Shown one piece after another: positions 51,743 to 60,283 of a stretch of DNA of 64,000 nucleotides. Every line of letters starts with the position of its first letter. The first letter of the stretch is position 1. Below the pieces are notes generated by a model that had not been told where the DNA came from, searched no databases, and saw only the letters and a list, made by a program, of their open reading frames with translations. The DNA is from Alphaproteobacteria bacterium (GTDB lineage: Bacteria; Pseudomonadota; Alphaproteobacteria; RS24), in assembly GCA_965660195.1 (NCBI GenBank), contig CBFHZM010000001.1:9096-73095 (forward strand), written 5' to 3'. A program made the position numbers and the translations under genes.

Positions 51743-53209
51743 ATGCTAGAGAATATATCGATCGCACTGCCCGAATTTATTCTGTTCGTTGGCGCCATGG
51801 GGCTTTTGATGGTCGGCGTTTTCTCCGACGCGCGAAGCTATCCTGTCATTAGCTGGGGCGGGGTGTTGGTTTTGCTTTTGGCCGCTATGGCAAGTTTTGG
51901 ACAAAATGGCGAATATGTTGCCTTTGGCGGAAGCTATGTTGTGGATGGCTTGAGCCGTCTAATGAAATTGATCACCTTCGGTGCTCTCGCGATTTCACTG
52001 ATTATGGCCCGCGGCTTTTTAGAGCGCGAGAAATTAGCGCGTTTCGAGTTTCCGGTGCTTATTCTTTTGTCGGCAACAGGCATGGGGATCATGATTTCGG
52101 CCAATGACATGATCGCTATGTATATGGGCATTGAGCTGCAAAGCTTGGCACTTTATGTGCTGGCAACGGCTAACCGCAACTCGTTGCGGTCTTCTGAGGC
52201 GGGCTTGAAATATTTTGTTTTGGGGGCGCTTTCATCAGGCTTGTTGCTCTATGGCTGTTCGCTCATTTACGGTTTTGCCGGCGGTGTCGGTTTTAACGAT
52301 ATCGCGTTGGCGATTTCCTCTGCTCCGAGCCTAACGCTCTTACCGGTCATTGGTATTGTCTTCATTTTTGCGGGACTGGCCTTCAAAGTTTCGGCTGTTC
52401 CATTTCATATGTGGACACCGGATGTCTATGAAGGCGCACCAACGCCAATTACCGCGCTTTTTGCGGCGGCTCCCAAAATTGCAGGTTTCGCCATTTTTAT
52501 TCGTCTGGTGCATCAAGGCCTGCTGCAGGCTATCGATGCCTGGCAACAAATTATTATCTTTCTTGCGTTAGCGAGCATGGTGCTTGGCGCCTTCTCAGCC
52601 ATTGGGCAGAGCAATATAAAGCGTCTGATGGCCTATTCATCAATCGGGCATATGGGTTTTGCTATGGTCGGTTTGGCCGCGGGCACGCAAGACGGCGTTG
52701 CAAGCTTGATCATTTATCTCGCTATTTACGTTGCTATGACGCTTGGTGCTTTTGCATGTATTTTGGCGCTACGAACAGATAACGCGATGATCGAGCGGAT
52801 TGATGAGATGGCCGGCCTTAGCCGGACGCGGCCAGGTTTGGCGGCGATGTTAGCGATTTTAATGTTCTCTTTGGCGGGTATTCCACCTCTGGCTGGGTTT
52901 TTTGGTAAGTTCTATGTGTTCCGTGCCGCTATCGAAGCTGAGCTGTATACGCTTGCTGTGCTCGGGGTTTTGGCTAGTGTGGTTGGCGCATTCTATTATC
53001 TTCGCATCGTCAAAGTTATGTACATTGATGAGCCCAGCGACCGTGTGGTTGAACCCGTGTCGTCCGAGCTTGGATGGATCGCTGCGGGCCTGTCAGCCTT
53101 TTCGCTCTTATTCTTTGTCTATCCGCGGCCTCTCATCGAATTGGCACAAGCTGCCGCGGCAACGCTGATCAATGGCGCGATGAATTCTTTAGCTGCGTTG
53201 ATGTTTTAA
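51743..53209 (+). CDS. nuoN: NADH-quinone oxidoreductase subunit N
   Basis: 488 aa antiporter-like subunit with FHMWTPDVYEGAPTPITA. It is the last gene of the operon. Confidence 0.95.
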   Translation: MLENISIALPEFILFVGAMGLLMVGVFSDARSYPVISWGGVLVLLLAAMASFGQNGEYVAFGGSYVVDGLSRLMKLITFGALAISLIMARGFLEREKLARFEFPVLILLSATGMGIMISANDMIAMYMGIELQSLALYVLATANRNSLRSSEAGLKYFVLGALSSGLLLYGCSLIYGFAGGVGFNDIALAISSAPSLTLLPVIGIVFIFAGLAFKVSAVPFHMWTPDVYEGAPTPITALFAAAPKIAGFAIFIRLVHQGLLQAIDAWQQIIIFLALASMVLGAFSAIGQSNIKRLMAYSSIGHMGFAMVGLAAGTQDGVASLIIYLAIYVAMTLGAFACILALRTDNAMIERIDEMAGLSRTRPGLAAMLAILMFSLAGIPPLAGFFGKFYVFRAAIEAELYTLAVLGVLASVVGAFYYLRIVKVMYIDEPSDRVVEPVSSELGWIAAGLSAFSLLFFVYPRPLIELAQAAAATLINGAMNSLAALMF

Positions 53210-53218
53210 GGTTTAAGT

Positions 53219-53971
53219 GTGGTCATTTCCAATTATCACACTCTGAAACTTGACGAGATCGATAGTACCAATGAAGAAGCGCGACGTTTCTCTGAGGCCG
53301 GAGAGACGCAGGCGACATGGATCGTAGCTGATGTGCAAACGGCGGGGCGCGGTCGGCGTGGTCGATCTTGGGTCGCACCGCGAGGCAATCTTATGACAAC
53401 CCTCTATTGGCCATTTCCTGTGACAGTGAAATCTGCCGCGCTATTATCCTTCGTCGCGAGCCTAGCAGTTCGTGATGTCGTTGCTGACTGTCTTCCGCAG
53501 GCACAAGTTGACTTGAAATGGCCGAACGATGTTCTCGTTAATGGTGAGAAAATAGCGGGCATTTTGCTCGAGGCATTTCGGGTTTCAGGTCAAAGCGTGC
53601 AGACTTTGGCTGTCGGGATTGGCATAAATATAACGCACCACCCAGATGATACACCTTATCCGGCAACGCATATTGGTGCTGTAGGCCAGGCGCCAACGAG
53701 AGATGAGGTTTTTGAAAAGCTAAAAGCATCTTTCGCGGCTTATCATGAAGCTTTTGATAAATCCGGATTTGCGCCAATTCGTAAAGTTTGGCTGGAATAT
53801 GCGCGTGGGAGGGGCGGCCAGATCGAAGTTCGGTTGGCGAATGAAACACTCTCTGGCCTATTTGAGGATTTGGATGGCGAGGGTCAGCTATGTTTGCGCT
53901 TGCCCAGTGGCGAGTTACGTTTGGTTGCCGCCGGAGATGTTTATTTTCCAGAGGTTCTAGATGGAGGATAG
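53219..53971 (+). CDS. birA: Biotin--[acetyl-CoA-carboxylase] ligase (class I, no N-terminal HTH)
   Basis: 250 aa with a GTG start, GRGRRGRSW and KWPNDVLVNGEKIAGILLE. Confidence 0.88.
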   Translation: MVISNYHTLKLDEIDSTNEEARRFSEAGETQATWIVADVQTAGRGRRGRSWVAPRGNLMTTLYWPFPVTVKSAALLSFVASLAVRDVVADCLPQAQVDLKWPNDVLVNGEKIAGILLEAFRVSGQSVQTLAVGIGINITHHPDDTPYPATHIGAVGQAPTRDEVFEKLKASFAAYHEAFDKSGFAPIRKVWLEYARGRGGQIEVRLANETLSGLFEDLDGEGQLCLRLPSGELRLVAAGDVYFPEVLDGG

Positions 53972-55613
53972 TTTAGTTTTTTTACCGCTGGGCGGCACCG
54001 GCGAGATCGGTATGAATTGTAACCTCTATGGCTATGGGTCGGGTAAAAAGCGGCAATGGTTGATGGTCGATCTGGGGATCACCTTTCCGCGCCTTGAGGC
54101 GCCTGGGATTGATGTGATTACACCGGATATCTCTTATATCGCGGCACGAAAGAAGCAATTATGTGGTCTCGTCCTAACGCATGGGCATGAGGATCATATC
54201 GGGGCAGTGCCACATTTGTGGCCGGCACTACAGTGCCCGATCTACACGACGCCGTTTACGGCTGAACTGGTCTACGGAAAGCTTGTCGAAGCCGGCCTTG
54301 AGGAACGTGCCGAGATCCGCTTGATCCCAGAATCGGGCCAGCTCGATATCGGACCATTTCATCTCGATTTTATTCACCTAACGCATTCGATTGCTGAAAT
54401 GCAGGCTGTTAAAATTTCTTGCGGCGATAGTAAGGTTTTGCATACGGGTGATTGGAAAATTGATCCTGACCCGGTAATCGGCAGGGCTAGCGCGCTGGAC
54501 GTCTTGGAAGCTGCGGGTGACGAGGGCATTGATGCCATCATTTGCGATTCAACGAATGTTTTGTCTTCTGGTCGCTCGGGGTCGGAGAAGCATGTAGCCG
54601 GCGAATTAGCGGCGTTGGTCGCCGCGCAAACGGGGCGGGTTGTGGTGACGACTTTTGCCTCGAATGTGGCGCGGCTTGCTAGCATTGGCGCTGCCGCGCG
54701 AGCGAGTGATCGGCATGTGACGCTGGCAGGTTTGGGGATGCGGAAAATTTTTCGTGCCGCATTGGCAACAGGCTATCTGAACGATTTTCCGCCTGTCATA
54801 GATGATAGCGAGGCGGGCTATTTGCCGCCAGAAAAATTGTTAATTCTATGCACGGGCTCACAAGGTGAGCCAAGGGCGGCGATGTCAAGATTGGCGGACG
54901 GGTCGCATCCGCATTTAACCCTCGAAGCTGGCGATACGGCGATTTTTTCCTCGAAAATGATACCGGGTAATGAGACAGAAATCTTGGATCTTCAAAACCG
55001 TCTGGCGAAACGCGGAATTAAAGTCATGACCGCCGGAGCAGGGGATATTCATGTTTCGGGGCACCCTTGCCGCGAGGACCTCGAGGATATGTATCGCCTG
55101 GTGCGTCCGCGCATTTCAATTCCGGTTCACGGTGAAGCGCGGCATTTGATTGCCCATGCCGAGCTGGCGCAATCCCTTGGCACGGAGCAAGCCTTAGTGA
55201 TTGAAAATGGTGATATGGTGCAGTTAGCTCCCGGCAAAGCCCGCGTTATTGATCGTGTGCCGGCAGGTCGCTTCTATCTTGATGGCCAGCTATTGCTTGA
55301 GGATGCGGCGGCGGTTTTGGCGCAACGCCGCAAGCTGGCCTATGTCGGTGTTGTCAGCGTGGCTCTGGCCGTCGATAAGGCTGGGCGTTTATGTGCCGAT
55401 CCAGAAATATCGACCAGCGGTTTGCCGGATTGCGATCGTGAGGGCATCAAGCTGTCTGATTGGATCCACGAAGCGATTGAAAAGTCGTTGCCAGATAACG
55501 GGCGCATTACGCACGAGATTGTGACGGCGGAAATGCCGCAGAAGATTGGCCGTATTTTGAAACAAAACTGGGGTAAAAAACCTGTTGTCCATGTCATGCT
55601 AGTGACGGTATGA
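53961..55613 (+). CDS. rnj: Ribonuclease J (metallo-beta-lactamase / beta-CASP family)
   Basis: 550 aa with THGHEDHIGA, beta-CASP motifs and HVSGH. Its position after birA is conserved in Rhizobiales. Confidence 0.88.
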   Translation: MEDSLVFLPLGGTGEIGMNCNLYGYGSGKKRQWLMVDLGITFPRLEAPGIDVITPDISYIAARKKQLCGLVLTHGHEDHIGAVPHLWPALQCPIYTTPFTAELVYGKLVEAGLEERAEIRLIPESGQLDIGPFHLDFIHLTHSIAEMQAVKISCGDSKVLHTGDWKIDPDPVIGRASALDVLEAAGDEGIDAIICDSTNVLSSGRSGSEKHVAGELAALVAAQTGRVVVTTFASNVARLASIGAAARASDRHVTLAGLGMRKIFRAALATGYLNDFPPVIDDSEAGYLPPEKLLILCTGSQGEPRAAMSRLADGSHPHLTLEAGDTAIFSSKMIPGNETEILDLQNRLAKRGIKVMTAGAGDIHVSGHPCREDLEDMYRLVRPRISIPVHGEARHLIAHAELAQSLGTEQALVIENGDMVQLAPGKARVIDRVPAGRFYLDGQLLLEDAAAVLAQRRKLAYVGVVSVALAVDKAGRLCADPEISTSGLPDCDREGIKLSDWIHEAIEKSLPDNGRITHEIVTAEMPQKIGRILKQNWGKKPVVHVMLVTV

Positions 55614-55639
55614 ATCAAAAAAATTTAAGGAGTAAGACG

Positions 55640-56044
55640 ATGATCGGACGTTTGAACCATGTTGCCATTGCTGTTCCTGATGTTGCCGCTGCGGCCGCAA
55701 CCTATCGCGATACGCTTGGGGCAACCGTTTCTGAACCTGTGCCGCTACCCGACCATGGTGTGATCACTGTGTTTGTCGAATTGCCGAACACCAAGATCGA
55801 GCTACTGGAGCCATTGGGCGATGACTCGCCGATTTTAGGCTATCTGAAAAAGAATCCGAACGGCGGCATGCATCATGTCTGTTACGAGGTGGAGGATATT
55901 CTTGCTGCGCGCGATCGGATGATTGAAAAAGGCGCAACCATAACGGGAACGGGAGAGCCGCGCATTGGCGCTCATGGTAAGCCGGTCATATTTATGCACC
56001 CTCGTGATTTTAACGGTACATTGGTCGAGCTTGAGCAAGTCTAA
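55640..56044 (+). CDS. mce: Methylmalonyl-CoA epimerase (VOC/glyoxalase fold)
   Basis: MIGRLNHVAIAVPD... and GGMHHVCYEVEDI. The ATG at 55640 follows AAGGAG; the track start at 55610 is an extension. Confidence 0.88.
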   Translation: MIGRLNHVAIAVPDVAAAAATYRDTLGATVSEPVPLPDHGVITVFVELPNTKIELLEPLGDDSPILGYLKKNPNGGMHHVCYEVEDILAARDRMIEKGATITGTGEPRIGAHGKPVIFMHPRDFNGTLVELEQV

Positions 56045-56322
56045 TGATCACCATAAGTGCCATTTTCGGCATAGCCATTTACGGCATTATTTGGTTCCTT
56101 ACCTTGTTTTTGGTGTTGCCTTTCGGCGTCCGTACGCAAGATGATATTGGTGATGTTGAGCCAGGCTCAACCGCCAGCGCGCCGGAACAACCTCATATTT
56201 GGAAGCGTTTCGCTGCAACGACATTGCTTTCAGCTGTACTCTATGTTGGCGTGCATTGGCTTTTAACCTCGCCAAACGCCGTACCATTCTGGAGTGCCGT
56301 CGTTCCTGACTTTGCTCGTTAA
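56044..56322 (+). CDS. DUF1467-family small membrane protein
   Basis: 92 aa with two hydrophobic helices and the central motif PFGVRTQDD...EPGS.ASAP. Its ATG overlaps the mce stop. Confidence 0.75.
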   Translation: MITISAIFGIAIYGIIWFLTLFLVLPFGVRTQDDIGDVEPGSTASAPEQPHIWKRFAATTLLSAVLYVGVHWLLTSPNAVPFWSAVVPDFAR

Positions 56323-56361
56323 GCTAAGTTTGCTTGGGCGGTTGATTTCGAGAATTGTTCA

Positions 56362-56475
56362 TTAAAAAGAATGAGCGGGACCCGAAAGGCTTCGGTCCCG
56401 CTCATTGTGGTGTCAGCTCAGCCAAAGGTTCCTCCCAGACCTGAAAGGTCAGCGAACTGACCTCTCCACACACGC
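56362..56475 (-). ncRNA. Candidate ~110-nt small RNA (promoter + intrinsic terminator on minus strand, no CDS)
   Basis: On the minus strand, TTGTCA-N16-(TGT)TACAAT lies at 56507-56480. Then come the GGUCAG-UUCG-CUGACC hairpin and a 13-16 bp terminator stem (56370-56406) followed by CUUUUUAAU. No minus-strand gene lies upstream that would need this terminator. Confidence 0.35.
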
Positions 56476-56479
56476 TAAA

Positions 56480-56507
56480 ATTGTAACAATCGATGTGAGT
56501 CTGACAA
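56480..56507 (-). promoter_or_regulatory. Candidate sigma-70 promoter (extended -10) for the putative minus-strand sRNA
   Basis: The reverse complement reads TTGTCA gactcacatcgattgt TACAAT. Both hexamers match 5 of 6 positions, the spacer is 16 nt, and TGT sits immediately upstream of the -10. Confidence 0.4.
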
Positions 56508-56648
56508 GCTTATTCTCGGGGGTGCAAAATTTCTTCGTGAAGCGTTGCTTTTTTACAACGGTTGCGAGATGGCGGTTCTGGGGGCTTGTCAGTCGGCGCG
56601 GTGCGATTTAGACATGAAATGGCCTAATTTATAGAAGAGCTTCGTGAT

Positions 56649-57977
56649 ATGCGCCTGTCAAAGTATTTTGTGCCTACAATTAAGGAAAACCCATCAGAGG
56701 CTCAGATCGTCTCGCACCGTCTGATGCTGCGGGCAGGGCTCGTACGTCAAAGCGCGGCAGGAATTTATTCTTGGTTACCACTGGGTTTGCGGGTCTTAAA
56801 CAAGATCAGCAATATTGTTCGCGCTGAGCAGAACGCGGCTGGCGCGCATGAAGTTCTGATGCCGACCTTGCAACCCGCAGAGATCTGGCGCGAGTCGGGC
56901 CGCTATGAGGATTACGGTAAAGAAATGCTACGGATTAAAGATCGCCATGATCGCGATCTGCTTTATGGTCCGACCAATGAGGAGTTGATCACTCAAATTG
57001 TCCGCGACAACATCCGTAGCTACCGTGAATTGCCGCTTAATCTGTATCATATTCAATGGAAGTTTCGCGATGAGATCCGACCTCGATTCGGCGTCATGCG
57101 TGGTCGAGAGTTCTTGATGAAGGATGGCTATAGCTTTGACTTGGACGAAGCGGCGGCGCGGCGTGCCTATGAAGTCATGTTCGTAGCTTACTTGCGGACC
57201 TTTCAGCGCTTGGGGCTGAAAGCTTTGCCAATGGCCGCAGATACCGGTCCGATTGGCGGCGACCTTAGCCATGAATTTATTATTCTCGCGGAAACAGGCG
57301 AGTCTGAAGTGTTTTGCGATGCCCAGATTTTTGATCTCGAAATCCCTGCTGCCGATCAGAATAACGACTTCTCAGCAACCATCGAGGCGTTTACCAGCCT
57401 GTATGCGCGTACGGATGAACGCCACGAAGCGGCGACATTTGAGACCATGGTGCCAAGCGAGCGCCGCGTGCAAGCCCGCGGCATTGAGGTCGGACATATT
57501 TTTTATTTCGGGCAGAAATACTCCGAGCGCATGGGGTGCCGTGTCGCGGGGCCCGATGGTAAGGATGTCGCTGTGCATGGCGGCTCTTACGGTATTGGCG
57601 TATCGCGTCTTGTTGGTGCTATTATCGAAGCCAGCCATGACGAAGCTGGAATTATTTGGCCGTGGCCGGTGACCCCGTTCCATGTTGGGCTAATTAATTT
57701 GAAAGTTGGCGATGCGCAAACCGATGCTCTGTCCGAACAGCTCTATGCGGGCTTGAGCGCGCTGGGTTTAGACTGCCTGTATGATGATCGCGACGAGCGG
57801 GCGGGGACAAAGTTTTCGGATATGGATTTGATCGGCTTGCCATGGCAGGCGGTTATTGGGCCGCGCGGTGCCGCGAGCGGTGAGATTGAAATCAAAAACC
57901 GTGCTACGGGTGAGAAGCATAATCTGCCGCTTGACGAGGCTGTCAAACTTCTCTCGCAAGCTCCGGTATCGGTATGA
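56649..57977 (+). CDS. proS: Proline--tRNA ligase (short, alphaproteobacterial type lacking the editing insertion)
   Basis: 442 aa with class II aaRS motifs ([28 protein letters not shown]) and a C-terminal anticodon-binding domain. Confidence 0.93.
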   Translation: MRLSKYFVPTIKENPSEAQIVSHRLMLRAGLVRQSAAGIYSWLPLGLRVLNKISNIVRAEQNAAGAHEVLMPTLQPAEIWRESGRYEDYGKEMLRIKDRHDRDLLYGPTNEELITQIVRDNIRSYRELPLNLYHIQWKFRDEIRPRFGVMRGREFLMKDGYSFDLDEAAARRAYEVMFVAYLRTFQRLGLKALPMAADTGPIGGDLSHEFIILAETGESEVFCDAQIFDLEIPAADQNNDFSATIEAFTSLYARTDERHEAATFETMVPSERRVQARGIEVGHIFYFGQKYSERMGCRVAGPDGKDVAVHGGSYGIGVSRLVGAIIEASHDEAGIIWPWPVTPFHVGLINLKVGDAQTDALSEQLYAGLSALGLDCLYDDRDERAGTKFSDMDLIGLPWQAVIGPRGAASGEIEIKNRATGEKHNLPLDEAVKLLSQAPVSV

Positions 57978-59227
57978 GTGGCGCCTTCGGCAAATTCGAA
58001 TGGGCGCTCGCGGGGCGCTATTTAAGAGCCCGCCGTCGCGACAGTTATATCTCGGTTATCGCTATTATTTCTTTGCTCGGTATCATGCTCGGGGTCGCTA
58101 CGCTGATCGTGGTGATGGCTGTCATGACAGGGTTTCGCGCTGATTTGTTAGACCGCATTGTTGGGGTCAATGGCCATGCCCGGATTGAGAGCCGCTTTGC
58201 CTCTCGCGACGACATGGATGCGACTGTGGTTAAGCTTCGAACTATACCGGGTGTTGTCTCCGCCCGCCCGATGATCGATGGCCAGATCATGGCCGCGGTG
58301 GGCAATAACGTCCGTGGTATGGTGTTGCGTGGCTTTCCCGTCAACGATCTGGAGCAACTGCCTGCACTTCAAGGCAAGGTTCGGGTGGGTCAGCTCGGTG
58401 ACCTCACAGGCGAGGCCACCATCGCGATCGGCGCTCGGCTAGCGGAAATCCATGGTTTGATGGTGGGGGATACGCTGACTTTGATTTCTCCACAAGGCGT
58501 GGTCACGCCTTTTGGGTCAGCGCCTAATGTCGAGAATTTCACGATCAAGGCGATTTTTGAAATTGGTCTTTCGGACTACGACATGAATATTGCTTTTACG
58601 AATTACGACACTCTCGCCAGCTTTTTGGCTCGCCCGGCGCAATCTGGCGTGATTGAATTTGATGTTACGGATGCCGATGATATTGATCGGATGAGCAGTC
58701 TTGTGCGCGAAGCACTGGGTGAAGGCTTTAGAGTTTTTGATTGGAAGCGGAGCAATTCAACCTTGGCAGGGGCGTTAGAAGTTGAACGCAATGTCATGTT
58801 TCTCATTCTGACACTGATCTTATTAGTCGCGGCGCTAAATATTGTCTCGGGTATGGTGATGTTGGTTCGCGATAAAGGGCGCGATATTGCTATCTTGCGT
58901 GCCATGGGAGCGACGCGCGGAGCAGTCATGCGCATTTTCTTTATAACGGGTGCAGCGATTGGGGTGGCCGGAACCGCCCTCGGGGTCGCCTCGGGCGTTA
59001 TTTTTTGTGCCTATATTGAAGAAATTCGACAGTTTTTGATTTGGCTTACAGGTGCCGAGTTATTTCCAGCGCAGATATATTTTCTCGATAAAATGCCAGC
59101 AACCATTGTTTGGCAAGATGTCCTTAGCGTTGTGATTATGGCACTGGGGCTGTCTTTCCTCTCAACGCTCTATCCGGCGTGGCGGGCGGCGCGGCTCGAT
59201 CCTGTGGAGGCTTTGCGCTATGAGTAA
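57974..59227 (+). CDS. lolE: Lipoprotein-releasing ABC transporter permease LolC/E
   Basis: 417 aa with MacB-like FtsX permease topology. It overlaps the proS stop by 4 nt and is followed by lolD. Confidence 0.88.
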   Translation: MSGAFGKFEWALAGRYLRARRRDSYISVIAIISLLGIMLGVATLIVVMAVMTGFRADLLDRIVGVNGHARIESRFASRDDMDATVVKLRTIPGVVSARPMIDGQIMAAVGNNVRGMVLRGFPVNDLEQLPALQGKVRVGQLGDLTGEATIAIGARLAEIHGLMVGDTLTLISPQGVVTPFGSAPNVENFTIKAIFEIGLSDYDMNIAFTNYDTLASFLARPAQSGVIEFDVTDADDIDRMSSLVREALGEGFRVFDWKRSNSTLAGALEVERNVMFLILTLILLVAALNIVSGMVMLVRDKGRDIAILRAMGATRGAVMRIFFITGAAIGVAGTALGVASGVIFCAYIEEIRQFLIWLTGAELFPAQIYFLDKMPATIVWQDVLSVVIMALGLSFLSTLYPAWRAARLDPVEALRYE

Positions 59228-59891
59228 ATCCCTGCGCCTCGATCATATTAGCCATGGCTACAGTCAAGCGGGCGAGAGCTTGCCGGTGTTGCAGGATGTT
59301 TCGCTTGAACTTGCCGCTGGCGAGGCGGCGGCGCTATGTGGTCCGTCGGGATCGGGTAAATCAACCCTGTTGCATCTCGCGGGCCTTCTAGAAAAACCCA
59401 ATCAAGGACAAGTGATCATCAATGGTCAAAGTGTCGGCGATGATGACGGCGAACGCACCCGGTTGCGGCGGCAGCATATTGGTTTCGTTTTTCAGTTTCA
59501 TAATTTGTTACCTGAGTTTACCGCGCTAGAAAACGTCATGATGCCTTTACGATTGCTCGGGGAGAATGGAGCAGGGGTTCAAGACCGTGCAACTGACTGG
59601 CTGACGCTTCTAGGGCTGAAAAACCGCCTGACACATTTGCCGACACAATTATCTGGTGGTGAGCAGCAGCGCGTTGCGATCGCGCGGGCACTGGTACATC
59701 GACCATTGGTTTTGATCGCCGACGAACCGACGGGTAGTTTGGATCATGAAACAGGACAGGTCGTCGCAGATTTGCTACTCGAGACCTGCCGAAATCAAAA
59801 AACCATTGTTCTGATTGCTACCCATAATGAGGAACTGGCCAGCCGCGTTGGTCGGGTTCTGCGCCTGCAAGACGGGCATCTATCTGGCTGA
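59220..59891 (+). CDS. lolD: Lipoprotein-releasing ABC transporter ATP-binding protein LolD
   Basis: Walker [13 protein letters not shown] signature [15 protein letters not shown] and Walker [12 protein letters not shown]. Confidence 0.92.
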   Translation: MSKSLRLDHISHGYSQAGESLPVLQDVSLELAAGEAAALCGPSGSGKSTLLHLAGLLEKPNQGQVIINGQSVGDDDGERTRLRRQHIGFVFQFHNLLPEFTALENVMMPLRLLGENGAGVQDRATDWLTLLGLKNRLTHLPTQLSGGEQQRVAIARALVHRPLVLIADEPTGSLDHETGQVVADLLLETCRNQKTIVLIATHNEELASRVGRVLRLQDGHLSG

Positions 59892-59947
59892 TTACTCTAA
59901 GCTACGCGACTCACTAGGGTCGAGAGAACAGAATCGGTTGACAACGA

Positions 59948-59962
59948 GAACAAAACATGAAC
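59948..59962 (+). promoter_or_regulatory. Alphaproteobacterial LexA (SOS) box GAAC-N7-GAAC overlapping a TTGACA promoter
   Basis: GAACAAAACATGAAC was read directly. A perfect TTGACA at 59938-59943 lies 4 nt upstream, so the box covers the spacer and -10 region. Confidence 0.5.
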
Positions 59963-60051
59963 AAAATAAAGAATCGCGAGAATAATTCAGTTAATTTCTT
60001 ACCCAGACAGCCCCTAGACCGGGCTGAGAACTAAACTAAAGGGAGTGGAAG

Positions 60052-60153
60052 ATGAGAAAACTTATGGAAGATGTGGCTGCTTTTATCACTTTGGTCGGCT
60101 TGGGAGCCGTCGTATTAATGTGGGGCGCCATCGCGCAAGCCGTCGCAGGCTAA
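60052..60153 (+). CDS. Unannotated 33-aa single-pass membrane micro-protein (MRKLMEDVAAFITLVGLGAVVLMWGAIAQAVAG)
   Basis: GGAG at 60042-60045, 6 nt before the ATG. The peptide has a charged N-terminus then about 26 hydrophobic residues and ends in TAA. It is below the ORF-track size cutoff and lies downstream of the SOS-box promoter. Confidence 0.45.
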   Translation: MRKLMEDVAAFITLVGLGAVVLMWGAIAQAVAG

Positions 60154-60197
60154 GTTATCCCCGCTTGTCGCGGGCCAACACGCTGACTTTTTAGATC

Positions 60198-60231
60198 GAA
60201 GGCGCCATGATTGCTTATGGCGCCTTTCGAG
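60198..60231 (+). terminator. GC-rich hairpin between the micro-ORF and dnaE (weak terminator or attenuator)
   Basis: AAGGCGCCAT / 8-nt loop / ATGGCGCCTT is a perfect 10-bp stem. Only a short T-run (TTTC) follows it. Confidence 0.3.
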
Positions 60232-60283
60232 TCTCTGGAAGGATGCAAAAGCGTCGTAAGTCGTTCTACCGTTGGATCCTAAA

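Noticed and set aside
56319-56405. 28-aa minus-strand ORF (MSGTEAFRVPLILFNEQFSKSTAQANLA) beginning at the terminator hairpin.
   Set aside because: The ORF is formed by the two arms of the hairpin. The nearest SD-like GGGAGGAA lies 23 nt upstream of the ATG, which is too far.
56405-56611. 68-aa plus-strand ORF in the DUF1467-proS spacer.
   Set aside because: It has no SD, an odd composition and no family resemblance. It coincides with hairpins and promoter-like elements, so the region is more plausibly non-coding (proS leader or candidate sRNA locus).
59957-60034. 25-aa hydrophilic ORF (MNKIKNRENNSVNFLPRQPLDRAEN) overlapping the LexA box.
   Set aside because: It has no SD, and its ATG lies inside the predicted operator/-10 region, so it would be upstream of or at the TSS.
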